Virus record (IMG/VR): IMGVR_UViG_3300037067_012588
Length of the DNA stretch: 64,000 nt
Source: a virus
Taxonomy: Duplodnaviria; Caudoviricetes
Reading direction: 5' to 3' (one strand)
The notes below the pieces were generated by a model. It did no database searches. It was not told the DNA's origin and saw only the letters and a list, made by a program, of their open reading frames with translations. Shown here in pieces: positions 18,261 to 26,636 of this stretch (positions are counted from its first letter, which is position 1; every line of letters begins with the position of its first letter). The position numbers and the translations under genes were made by a program.

Positions 18261-18944
18261 TTATTTCCTCAACCTCACAAACGGATGGAGCGGACGAACC
18301 GACTCCATAATCTCTTCAAGGTCTTCATCAGAATACTGAAACGTTCCAGCCTTTTCAGCGGAAAGCAAAGGAATATCAGCGATATACTGCTGCAATATCC
18401 AAGACCCATCTCCATCCAACTGTTTGGCCATCTCAACAATGTTTTCCTTCGAGATAGTTGCTGGACAAAGCGTTGTTCTGTATTCTCGCTCAATACCGCT
18501 TCGCTTGACAATATCAAACGTCCTCGGAATAGACTTAGCATCCAAGCCAAACGCACCAACTGAATCAAGTTGCGAGTGAAGCGTCTTGTAGTCTACACAG
18601 ATGCAATCGAGAAGGCTATTGTTAAGCAATGAAAGAACAACATCTGGTCTTGTCCCATTGGTAGACAGTTTGATGTGATGTCCGAAGTTTCTCAAAACCC
18701 TTATGAAATCTTCCAGCCCATCCTGAAGTGTTGCCTCGCCACCACTCAAAACAACACCATTAACTCCAGACAGTTTTCCAATCGCCGCAACAACACTCAA
18801 GGAATCCAACCGCTCCTCTTTCTCAAGTCCAGAGTTGTGGCAATATGGACACAGCAAATTACACCCGCCAAAAAACACAATGGATGAAATGTGCCCCGGC
18901 CACTCATTCAATGAGTTTGGAATGAACCCACGAATGTCAATCAT
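18261..18944 (-). CDS. nrdG: anaerobic ribonucleotide reductase activating radical-SAM protein
   Basis: SLNEWPG, FFGGCNLLCPYCHN (CxxxCxxC), LSGGEATL, STNGTRP, EYRTT. Confidence 0.9.
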   Translation of the reverse strand: MIDIRGFIPNSLNEWPGHISSIVFFGGCNLLCPYCHNSGLEKEERLDSLSVVAAIGKLSGVNGVVLSGGEATLQDGLEDFIRVLRNFGHHIKLSTNGTRPDVVLSLLNNSLLDCICVDYKTLHSQLDSVGAFGLDAKSIPRTFDIVKRSGIEREYRTTLCPATISKENIVEMAKQLDGDGSWILQQYIADIPLLSAEKAGTFQYSDEDLEEIMESVRPLHPFVRLRK

Positions 18945-19246
18945 GCCGTCTCCACATCACTTTCCCTTCCAGAGTAATCCGTAAACGCCATGAGAACCGA
19001 TTCGTCTTCATCATACACCTCAACCGAAGAATTCTCTTCGTAATAAAAACAGAATTTTGTTCCAATATCTTCGCTGTTTATCTTCTCGACAATGATGCTA
19101 TGGTTTTGACGAGAAGCATCAATCACCCGAACAAAAATAACATCTCTCTCGGAAAGATCATACTTGCTTTTACCATCACAGGCAACAGCAATAGCGATAT
19201 ACTTTCCGACCTCTTTTTCGAGATCATCTGCACTTATGTTTTTCAC
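18941..19246 (-). CDS. hypothetical protein
   Basis: GTG start after AAGGAG; coupled on both sides. Confidence 0.6.
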   Translation of the reverse strand: MKNISADDLEKEVGKYIAIAVACDGKSKYDLSERDVIFVRVIDASRQNHSIIVEKINSEDIGTKFCFYYEENSSVEVYDEDESVLMAFTDYSGRESDVETA

Positions 19247-20049
19247 TGTTCAATCTCCTTATGTTGGAGTGAAAACCCTCCATCGAAAACATCCTGAAGA
19301 TTCTTCGCTCTTCCTTCAAGCCAAGAATCCAAAACAAAACCCATCGGTCCAATTGGCCAGGCATCCCAGAACCAATTGTTTGTAGGGCGCTCTACGACCC
19401 TCGGCATACAAAATGCTTGGGATAGGGCATATGGCATCGTCGAAGTGCCAACATAAGCCCTACAGCCCCTCAAAAACACCATCAAATCAAGCATTGTTGG
19501 GAAAACACCAAAGTCCAACCTGACAACATCGAATCCTTTCAGAAACTCAGCATAGAACTCGTCAGAATACCGACGCCCAAGATGATTCGTCAGCGCACAA
19601 GCAACCTTGTCGTTTCCAATAATGGGTATATTCTCAACAGGACACTCACAGGCGTCCACCTTCACTCCAAGCATGTAAGCATATCGGTTAATCCAATGAA
19701 ATGCCTCATGAGTTTGGTTTGTCTGGCAGCCCCAAGCCTTACACAGCTCACGTTTTGCTCCCCAATACCAAGCGTTATCCAGAATCAACCAATCTGGATG
19801 CTTTGGGTCTTGACGACAAAACAGCTTCTCACCAACATTGTTGTGGAAAGCCTCGTCAAGATAGACGTTCTCAAAGCCACGAATATATGACTGCCTTTCC
19901 AGAAAAGAACGACAGAACTCTGTATACTCTGGCTTCCACAACGAACCAGGCGAACAATTGAAATAGAGATACGCATCCCCGACTTTGCGAATCGTCCATA
20001 GAGCGAGAATCAAGTCGCCAAGCTTTCCGCCGTGCATGAACTTATTCAT
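19243..20049 (-). CDS. putative glycosyltransferase (GT9-like)
   Basis: HGGKLGDLILAL N-terminal motif and a late YVGTSTMP..L..A segment resembling the GT9 G-x-D-S-G-P region. Confidence 0.5.
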   Translation of the reverse strand: MNKFMHGGKLGDLILALWTIRKVGDAYLYFNCSPGSLWKPEYTEFCRSFLERQSYIRGFENVYLDEAFHNNVGEKLFCRQDPKHPDWLILDNAWYWGAKRELCKAWGCQTNQTHEAFHWINRYAYMLGVKVDACECPVENIPIIGNDKVACALTNHLGRRYSDEFYAEFLKGFDVVRLDFGVFPTMLDLMVFLRGCRAYVGTSTMPYALSQAFCMPRVVERPTNNWFWDAWPIGPMGFVLDSWLEGRAKNLQDVFDGGFSLQHKEIEQ

Positions 20050-20276
20050 TCTGGACTCTCAGAAACAAAATGTTCAAGAACCATCGGGCACTCATCTGGA
20101 ACAGGCATTCGCTTTACTTCTTGAAATGCTCCTGAAATCTCATACTCGTTCGATGTTCCAGCCATCACCTTAAACAAAGACACTTTAATTATTGGTTTAC
20201 CCTCAATCTTGCAGATGTTCCCATTCCTTTGGAAATGATGGCAGCAAAGGCATATTGTCTTACTTACTTCAGTCAT
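20046..20276 (-). CDS. Cys-module family protein
   Basis: start MTEVSK after GGAGG; ICLCC...ICK...VPDECPMVLEH. Confidence 0.7.
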   Translation of the reverse strand: MTEVSKTICLCCHHFQRNGNICKIEGKPIIKVSLFKVMAGTSNEYEISGAFQEVKRMPVPDECPMVLEHFVSESPE

Positions 20277-20505
20277 GCTTGCCTCCAAAAGGAATAGACG
20301 GGTCTCGGATAATAGGAACCTCATAAAAAAGATGCTCAACAGCGTAAGGACAACCCTCTGGAACGATTCCCTCAGTGCTAAGATCGCTTTGTATGTGACA
20401 GCGAACAAAAGTATCATAGTAGTCAATAAATGTCGCAAGCCTTGGATTAAATCCACGGTTTTTATAACACAGACGACAAAGGTCAAGATTCAGTTTGTTT
20501 TTCAT
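20269..20505 (-). CDS. Cys-module family protein
   Basis: start MKNKLN; LCRLC...VRC...VPEGCPYAVEH. Confidence 0.7.
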   Translation of the reverse strand: MKNKLNLDLCRLCYKNRGFNPRLATFIDYYDTFVRCHIQSDLSTEGIVPEGCPYAVEHLFYEVPIIRDPSIPFGGKHD

Positions 20506-20743
20506 CTTCTGGCCCCCAAAAACTTCCATTGGCATTCTGCCCACTAAGAGCAATTGTATGTTCGACAACGAAAGGACACCACTTCGGAGGCTCTTCCCTG
20601 AAAAAACGTACAACAATGTCGCTCAAGCCTTCATTCAAACAGGTCACACTTGGAAACACTACTATATTACTGTCTGAATCGTACTCCGGGTCAGATATTT
20701 CATAAACAAACTGACACTTCCTGCAAATCTGTTGGCAAATCAT
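20483..20743 (-). CDS. Cys-module family protein
   Basis: start MICQQ; ICRKC...VTC...PPKWCPFVVEH. Confidence 0.7.
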   Translation of the reverse strand: MICQQICRKCQFVYEISDPEYDSDSNIVVFPSVTCLNEGLSDIVVRFFREEPPKWCPFVVEHTIALSGQNANGSFWGPEDEKQTES

Positions 20744-20781
20744 AGCAATATCCCAAAAAAACCACAAAGTTATCCACAAAC

Positions 20782-21069
20782 TCAAAAATCATCCCTCATA
20801 GTATCATCGTACATGAGGAGATTTTCTGGGAACTTCTTCACATCAATTTTCTCATCGCAACCAGCAATCTCCTGCTCTAGTTGAAAACCACACCATTCAG
20901 GGGCAAAATTTCGTTCTCTTGTGATAGTCACAAAGTTTGAACGCTTCAAGAACTTATGCTTCGGAATGACTCCACTTGGCGTATAATAAACTTCTTTCGC
21001 ACAAAGCCAATGGTCTTCAGAACAAGATTCAGAAAAACGAGAGCAGCCTTCACAAATGCAACGATTCAT
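20782..21069 (-). CDS. Cys-module family protein
   Basis: start MNRCI; ICEGC...WLC...APEWCGFQLEQ. Confidence 0.65.
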   Translation of the reverse strand: MNRCICEGCSRFSESCSEDHWLCAKEVYYTPSGVIPKHKFLKRSNFVTITRERNFAPEWCGFQLEQEIAGCDEKIDVKKFPENLLMYDDTMRDDF

Positions 21070-21079
21070 TTCACAATCC

Positions 21080-21253
21080 TTAATCTTCGTCCTTTTGGTC
21101 GCCAATAATATGCTCAATCGCTAAAGGGCATTCCTCTGGTGGGTGTCCTCCGTACAAAACACGACCACAAATGGTTGCATTCCATTTCTTGCAGTTTCGG
21201 CAAAACTTGGCGTGTAAAGCTAAACGTTCTGTCTCTGTCATGAATTCGTTCAC
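21080..21253 (-). CDS. Cys-module family protein (57 aa, absent from the ORF track)
   Basis: hand translation: MNEFMTETERLALHAKFCRNCKKWNATICGRVLYGGHPPEECPLAIEHIIGDQKDED*; GTG overlaps the upstream TGA. Confidence 0.75.
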   Translation of the reverse strand: MNEFMTETERLALHAKFCRNCKKWNATICGRVLYGGHPPEECPLAIEHIIGDQKDED

Positions 21254-21636
21254 TTCTGTCCCTTCGGTTTAGCCTTGTTCAGTTGCGCTGCAACCATTGA
21301 GCGCAAATACTGCTGAGCCATCTGGTTGATTGATCCATCTGGATAAATCAACCGCAAACCCTTCATCCTCGTCAAGATAGGCTTGATATCTTGTCCCTTC
21401 AATCCAGCAACGATACCAAAAGTAATCGAGTCAAACTCGACCTTGGACCACAGCCATTCCCACTTGGAAACTTCATCCTGTTGTTCAGAGCAATCCCCAA
21501 TGTTCTCCACAAACGTAATCCTGACAGACGGCCATGCCACAAGAGCCTGCCGAAGCAAGACATCCTCCATCAAAGGAACTATCGCCTCTGGATGCTCACT
21601 CTTCTTAAAATACCCAAGAGTCTCGCCAAAAGTCAT
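21250..21636 (-). CDS. hypothetical protein
   Basis: start re-chosen at MTFGET (TAATG overlap). Confidence 0.65.
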   Translation of the reverse strand: MTFGETLGYFKKSEHPEAIVPLMEDVLLRQALVAWPSVRITFVENIGDCSEQQDEVSKWEWLWSKVEFDSITFGIVAGLKGQDIKPILTRMKGLRLIYPDGSINQMAQQYLRSMVAAQLNKAKPKGQK

Positions 21637-21860
21637 TATTTTTTCCTCAAATTGTTCCAAAACCTCGTAATTTTTTGCAAAATGTTCTCTTTTACAGTGT
21701 AATGCTTCTTGATGTTTGGACAATACGATGGTGCTTCATCTGAGATAAAAATGCGCCTTGGTGAACCGTCCCCAGAACAAACAAATCGACTATCCCATGT
21801 CCAAAGAACATTGTAAACATAAACGCAATGCTTGCACTTACGACAAATCCAGATGTTCAT
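21636..21860 (-). CDS. Cys-module family protein
   Basis: ICRKC...FVC...APSYCPNIKKH. Confidence 0.6.
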   Translation of the reverse strand: MNIWICRKCKHCVYVYNVLWTWDSRFVCSGDGSPRRIFISDEAPSYCPNIKKHYTVKENILQKITRFWNNLRKK

Positions 21861-21861
21861 T

Positions 21862-23190
21862 TCAGTTTTCTAAAGGCTTGAAAAAAGGACTGGCTATGCC
21901 AGGACTCATCACTGGAACAGTTATCTGAGTCTCTTTGAACACTTCGTCAATCATTTTCGTATCGCCTTTGTAAAACACCAAAATGTTTTGATGCGACTTT
22001 CCAAGACGCCTATATGTTCCAAACTGGCGACGAATACGCATCGGCAACGAACCACCTGCCGTCACAAGCACTGACTCATTATACAGGCGAGCGCCGTATT
22101 CCGAAAAAGCATCTATCGTTTCAGTAACGAGATTCCTATAAAACCCTGAATCATCTCGAACATCTCCAACAACAAAACATGCAAACCTGTTTTCCTTCAA
22201 CCTATCCAAACCCTTCCTGATTACCTCACGATAGGCATTTTTAAAGGAATCCCACCCCATGTTTGTCACATCTTCCTCAAGCGTACTGTAAATCTCCAAG
22301 TCGAAATATGGAGGACATGTGAAGAAGAAATCTGCATCAACATCCTTGGCAATAATATCGAGATCAACACTGTCCCCAATAACCCACTTCGGTTTTGGAT
22401 TACATTCCAATTTATCACCCTGACAAATGTTTGTGGTAATCTGCTCAGGTCGGATATCAATTCCAAAATAACCCCGATTGAGAGCACAGGCAACAATACC
22501 ACGAACAGAGCTCCCACAGAATGGGTCAAGAACAAGACCACCTTCTGGACAATATAGTCTATAAAGCGTCTCACAAAGAACAGGATCAAAAGAACTTCCG
22601 ACCTTTCCTCCACGGATGTTGACATCTTTGTCTTTTGATGTTGAACCCATTCCAAATCCGCCGTCAACGCCGCTCGAAATCCACGCATCCTTTCGACGCT
22701 TCCACTCTGGAAGTCTCGCATCAAACAAAGACGAACCATGATATATTGCTGGCTCCTCAAGAACGCTTTTCTCAGATTTCCCTCGCAAAACTGACTGCTC
22801 AACAACCTGTTGAAGATCATCAAACAAAAGCATATTCGTCAAATCGCTATCAACAGCACGAACATGTTCCATCAAATCGATAACCTCTTCAGTCCAAGCT
22901 CCTTCAATTTTTGGATTATTCAACGCAACATTGAGAGTCTTCTCCATCGAGTCATCAAGGTCAACCTCAATGACATCAAGCTCTTTCTTTCCAGCCGCTT
23001 GCATGACTTTTAGTCGTTGATGTCCTCCAACGACATTCCCAGTTCTCTTATTCCAAATGATAGGTTCAACTAATCCAAATCGAGAAATAGAAGCCTCAAG
23101 ACCAGCAAGGGCTCGCTCAGATATTTTCCTCGGATTATAACCTGCAGGATTCAACGCCTCAATCGGAACCCGAACCATCTTGACAAACAT
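21862..23190 (-). CDS. ParB-N + amino-DNA methyltransferase (motif I before motif IV)
   Basis: YNPR...FGLVEPIIWN...GGHQR; VLDPFCGS; TCPPYFDLE; start MFVKMV. Confidence 0.85.
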   Translation of the reverse strand: MFVKMVRVPIEALNPAGYNPRKISERALAGLEASISRFGLVEPIIWNKRTGNVVGGHQRLKVMQAAGKKELDVIEVDLDDSMEKTLNVALNNPKIEGAWTEEVIDLMEHVRAVDSDLTNMLLFDDLQQVVEQSVLRGKSEKSVLEEPAIYHGSSLFDARLPEWKRRKDAWISSGVDGGFGMGSTSKDKDVNIRGGKVGSSFDPVLCETLYRLYCPEGGLVLDPFCGSSVRGIVACALNRGYFGIDIRPEQITTNICQGDKLECNPKPKWVIGDSVDLDIIAKDVDADFFFTCPPYFDLEIYSTLEEDVTNMGWDSFKNAYREVIRKGLDRLKENRFACFVVGDVRDDSGFYRNLVTETIDAFSEYGARLYNESVLVTAGGSLPMRIRRQFGTYRRLGKSHQNILVFYKGDTKMIDEVFKETQITVPVMSPGIASPFFKPLEN

Positions 23191-23200
23191 AACGCCCTCA

Positions 23201-25210
23201 CTATTCCAATTCAACCAACTCCAAAGTCTCTGTCGGGTCAGCAACAAGTGTCTGCTCCAAACCAGAAAGGTCCATCGCACCAAACTCTGACTTTATTGTT
23301 TTCGGTTCGCCCTTGAAAAAAACCAAAAGACTCTTGTGAACACAAATTCCTTTTCTTCCAAGTTTTCCCTTTATCCATGGCTTATCTTGCAAGAAAATAG
23401 CCTCATTGTAAAGCCTCATACCTTGACTCTCAAATGCCTTGATTATCTTTCCAGAAAGACAAGACGAGAAGCCATCCTCATTCTCTACATCCTCAAAAAG
23501 AACACAAGCCATTCTCCCATCTTTGAGGTTTTTTACAGCAGCTTCTATCTTTCCGTAAATCTCTTCCGTGAATACGTTTACCTTCGGGACAACCATGACA
23601 ACCATATCTGACGCTTCCTCTGGAATCTCTGTCTTCCATAGAGGGGTCTGCGTTTCTTTTTCATTACGAACAACAACTTCTTCATTTCGGAGCCCAACAA
23701 CCCAAAGCAAATCACCGTAATCAAGATATGGCAAACACTTCGCCTCATACGACGAATCTAAAAGAATGTCCCCAATCATATTGCACTCTGCTTTGTCAGC
23801 AGAACATTTTACCAACGTCACCATCTCACGCCATCCAGCAGGCGCATACTGGTTTAACCTCTCATCAGGGTCAACCCCAACAACAACTCCCAAAACAGGA
23901 ATTTCTCTCCCGCTGTCTTTTAACCCATGAAGAATACCAGCCAAAGACATACCAGAACCAACAGGCACAACAATACGACTAACATCAGGAATATTTATTA
24001 CTTGCTCTGCCATCTGTCGTATAAATACATCACTCTCAAGATTAGCAGGAATTTCTGTCCATCCTCTTGCCGCAGCATCCTCTTTGGCTTTCGCAATAGC
24101 ATCAGTAATGAAATCTGTCTGGTGTTGAATGATTTCTGCCCCATGGTTCTTTGCATCCAAAAGCTCAGACGTCATATCACCCTTGTTGGTGTGAACACGA
24201 CAAGGAACTCCCAGACGACCAGCAATACGTGCGACAATGCCACTCAGGGGCGATGTAAGCCCCACAGCAGCGACGACACCACAAGAACCACTGCAAAGCT
24301 CTACACAGGCTCTAGCCTTCGCTCCACGGGCATTTGCTACGCAATACAAGTCATCTCGCTTCACAATGAACTCATCAACCATCTGAATCGGAGTAATGTC
24401 TTCTGTGTTGTCACTCAAATACCGTTTTGTCTTGACAGAAGCAAACACATCGATATTTCTCTTCGACTGTTTCTCGCTTGTCGTTATTCCAATATATTTT
24501 CCACCAGAAATTCCCGTCGCTATACCCCAAGACGGATCATCACCATACAAGTCAAGAACCGTTCCACCAGAAGGACAAAACCACTCAAGCAACAAAGAAG
24601 GAAGAACTGGATCATTGTCTCCACAAATACCATTCCGAACCATTTCTGCACGACGTTCTCTCCAATATGGCTTCCTCTGGTCAAGAGTTGTAAGTGGAGG
24701 AACTGAAAGTAATTCGTTTTCCGTGTCGGGATGAGTCTCTTCTTCTTCATTTTCTTCTGGCGGCGTATCTCCATCTCCACCTTCTTCACTCGCATCTTTC
24801 TTTTTCTCTTCTCCTCCGAGGGATTTCAAGAGATCATCAATACGAACAGCCTGAAACATCTCCGGCAATTCATCACCAATCTCCTGCAAAAGACTTCGAG
24901 TCGAATCATCCCAATCACCCCTTACGGCAGGACTATTCAACGTTATATTGAGAGCAATCTCATGAGTCTCGTCCATATCAACCTCAACAACATCTGTTTC
25001 AACAACACCCATCTCATTAAGAACTTTACATCTCTGATGCCCACCAACAACATTTCCAGTCCTCTTATTCCATACAATAGGCTCAACGAAACCGAACTTC
25101 GTAATTGACTCACGAAGTCCTGCAAAAGAGTTTGCATCGATTGTTCTTGGATTATAGTCGGAAGGCAAAAGGTCTTTGACAAACTTCCTAACCAAAACAA
25201 TATCTTTCAT
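23201..25210 (-). CDS. ParB-N + degenerate MTase with inserted fold-type-II PLP-enzyme domain
   Basis: ParB-N motifs; IVKRDDL...GAKAR, PVGSGMSLAG, LDSSYEAK PLP motifs; MTase-like flanks lacking FxGxG and PPY. Confidence 0.75.
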   Translation of the reverse strand: MKDIVLVRKFVKDLLPSDYNPRTIDANSFAGLRESITKFGFVEPIVWNKRTGNVVGGHQRCKVLNEMGVVETDVVEVDMDETHEIALNITLNSPAVRGDWDDSTRSLLQEIGDELPEMFQAVRIDDLLKSLGGEEKKKDASEEGGDGDTPPEENEEEETHPDTENELLSVPPLTTLDQRKPYWRERRAEMVRNGICGDNDPVLPSLLLEWFCPSGGTVLDLYGDDPSWGIATGISGGKYIGITTSEKQSKRNIDVFASVKTKRYLSDNTEDITPIQMVDEFIVKRDDLYCVANARGAKARACVELCSGSCGVVAAVGLTSPLSGIVARIAGRLGVPCRVHTNKGDMTSELLDAKNHGAEIIQHQTDFITDAIAKAKEDAAARGWTEIPANLESDVFIRQMAEQVINIPDVSRIVVPVGSGMSLAGILHGLKDSGREIPVLGVVVGVDPDERLNQYAPAGWREMVTLVKCSADKAECNMIGDILLDSSYEAKCLPYLDYGDLLWVVGLRNEEVVVRNEKETQTPLWKTEIPEEASDMVVMVVPKVNVFTEEIYGKIEAAVKNLKDGRMACVLFEDVENEDGFSSCLSGKIIKAFESQGMRLYNEAIFLQDKPWIKGKLGRKGICVHKSLLVFFKGEPKTIKSEFGAMDLSGLEQTLVADPTETLELVELE

Positions 25211-25302
25211 TCCGTTGCTCCAACAATCGGAGTCAACTGCTGCCAGTCGCACCCCTCACCATGAACATACTCAGCCCAACGTTTTCGAATCACATCACAA
25301 TA
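25197..25302. repeat. 106-bp direct repeat, copy A (MTase 3' end plus next start)
   Basis: matches 26531..26636 with 5 mismatches by hand alignment. Confidence 0.9.
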
Positions 25303-26544
25303 CTTCGTACTCAACTCCATTCCTCTGCCAAGTCGACCAGTAATCTCTGCGGCCATAATCGTTGTTCCCGACCCACAAAAACTATCAAATACAACATCAC
25401 CCTCATTTGAACTATTCTTCATTTGCTGTGTGAATAATTCTACGGGTTTTGTTGTAGGGTGATCTGCACTTCTTGCTGGTTTTTTGTAATCAAAAACGGT
25501 GGTCATTTTTCGTCCACCATTCCAACAATGTGCAGCCCCTTCTTTCCAACCATAAAGACAAGGATCATATTCAGGTTCATATCCTTTCTTCGACTTGTCT
25601 TGCTCTGGAACTTGTGACTCATCAGCAACCTTGTCTCCGTTCCATGTCACTTCTCCACCAAGCTTATGACCATATAAGCAAGGCTCATGTTTCTGTTGAT
25701 AATTCGACCAACCCAGAACCATAGTGTTTTTATTCCAAATTAATACCTGTCTGTTGTCCCAACCACAAGACTTCATAGCTAAAAAGAAATTCAAAGTCTC
25801 TGAATCACTATACCAAATATAATACACAGCACCAGGCTTCATGACACTGTCCGCAGCTTTATATGCCGAAGTAAGGAACTGCAAAAAATCATCATCGCTC
25901 ATTTTATCATTGGCAATCTTCAGGGCATCCTTTGTTTTTCCGACATAGGCAACATTGTACGGAGGGTCGGTCAACCAAAGACTAACGAGTTCTCCATTCA
26001 TAAGCTTTTTGACATCATCTTCCTTTGTCGATGAACCACACATTAACCTGTGATCCCCTAAACGATAAACTTCGCCCTCTTTGCTCTCTGGAGTCTTTGG
26101 AACTACTGGTATTGCGTCTGGATCAGTATGTCCCTTCTTGTCCTCACCAGGAAACATCTTCCCCAAATCATTCAACATAACCGACTTGTAAAGTTCTGGA
26201 AGCTCTCCTTCTACTCTCTCAAGTAAGTCGCCAATATTATCTGTCCAGTCTCCTTGAATAGCTGGGTTGTTTAACGTGACATTCAAAGCAATCTCTTCAT
26301 TCTCAGGCATGTCAACAACAACAACCGTTGTCTCTTCGACACCCTGCGCTGTTAAGACCTTGAACCTCTGATGCCCACCAACAATGTTTCCTGTCTGTTT
26401 GTTCCAGACAATAGGCTCAACTAAACCGAACCTCGTAATCGAAGAGGTCAAACCTGCAAGAGCTTCCTTTGATATAGACCTCGGGTTATAAGAAGCTGGC
26501 GTGATATCCGCCAGCTTCTTTGTTTCCCATACAATATCTTTCAT
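25207..26544 (-). CDS. ParB-N + beta-class N6A/N4C DNA methyltransferase
   Basis: TDPPYN, HPTTKP, VFDSFCGSGTT; start MKDIVW by ATGA overlap. Confidence 0.9.
   Translation of the reverse strand: MKDIVWETKKLADITPASYNPRSISKEALAGLTSSITRFGLVEPIVWNKQTGNIVGGHQRFKVLTAQGVEETTVVVVDMPENEEIALNVTLNNPAIQGDWTDNIGDLLERVEGELPELYKSVMLNDLGKMFPGEDKKGHTDPDAIPVVPKTPESKEGEVYRLGDHRLMCGSSTKEDDVKKLMNGELVSLWLTDPPYNVAYVGKTKDALKIANDKMSDDDFLQFLTSAYKAADSVMKPGAVYYIWYSDSETLNFFLAMKSCGWDNRQVLIWNKNTMVLGWSNYQQKHEPCLYGHKLGGEVTWNGDKVADESQVPEQDKSKKGYEPEYDPCLYGWKEGAAHCWNGGRKMTTVFDYKKPARSADHPTTKPVELFTQQMKNSSNEGDVVFDSFCGSGTTIMAAEITGRLGRGMELSTKYCDVIRKRWAEYVHGEGCDWQQLTPIVGATE
26401..26529. repeat. 129-bp direct repeat, copy A (ParB 5' region)
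   Basis: matches 27561..27689 with 5 mismatches by hand alignment. Confidence 0.9.
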
Positions 26545-26636
26545 TCTGTTGCTCCAATAATCGGGGTCAACTGCTGCCAGTCGCACCCCTCACCATGAAC
26601 ATATTCAGCCCAACGTTTTCGAATCACATCGCAATA
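26531..26636. repeat. 106-bp direct repeat, copy B
   Basis: matches 25197..25302. Confidence 0.9.

Noticed and set aside
5817-21860. Cys-module family as a DNA-level repeat, integron cassette or DGR target
   Set aside because: The motif is encoded with varied synonymous codons; no attC-like sites, reverse transcriptase or adenine-specific TR/VR pair is visible in the window
25211-26586. MRLAAVD... N-terminal extensions given in the ORF track for two MTases
   Set aside because: They are alternate-frame readings of the 106-bp repeat; ATGA-coupled starts at 25210 and 26544 are more plausible
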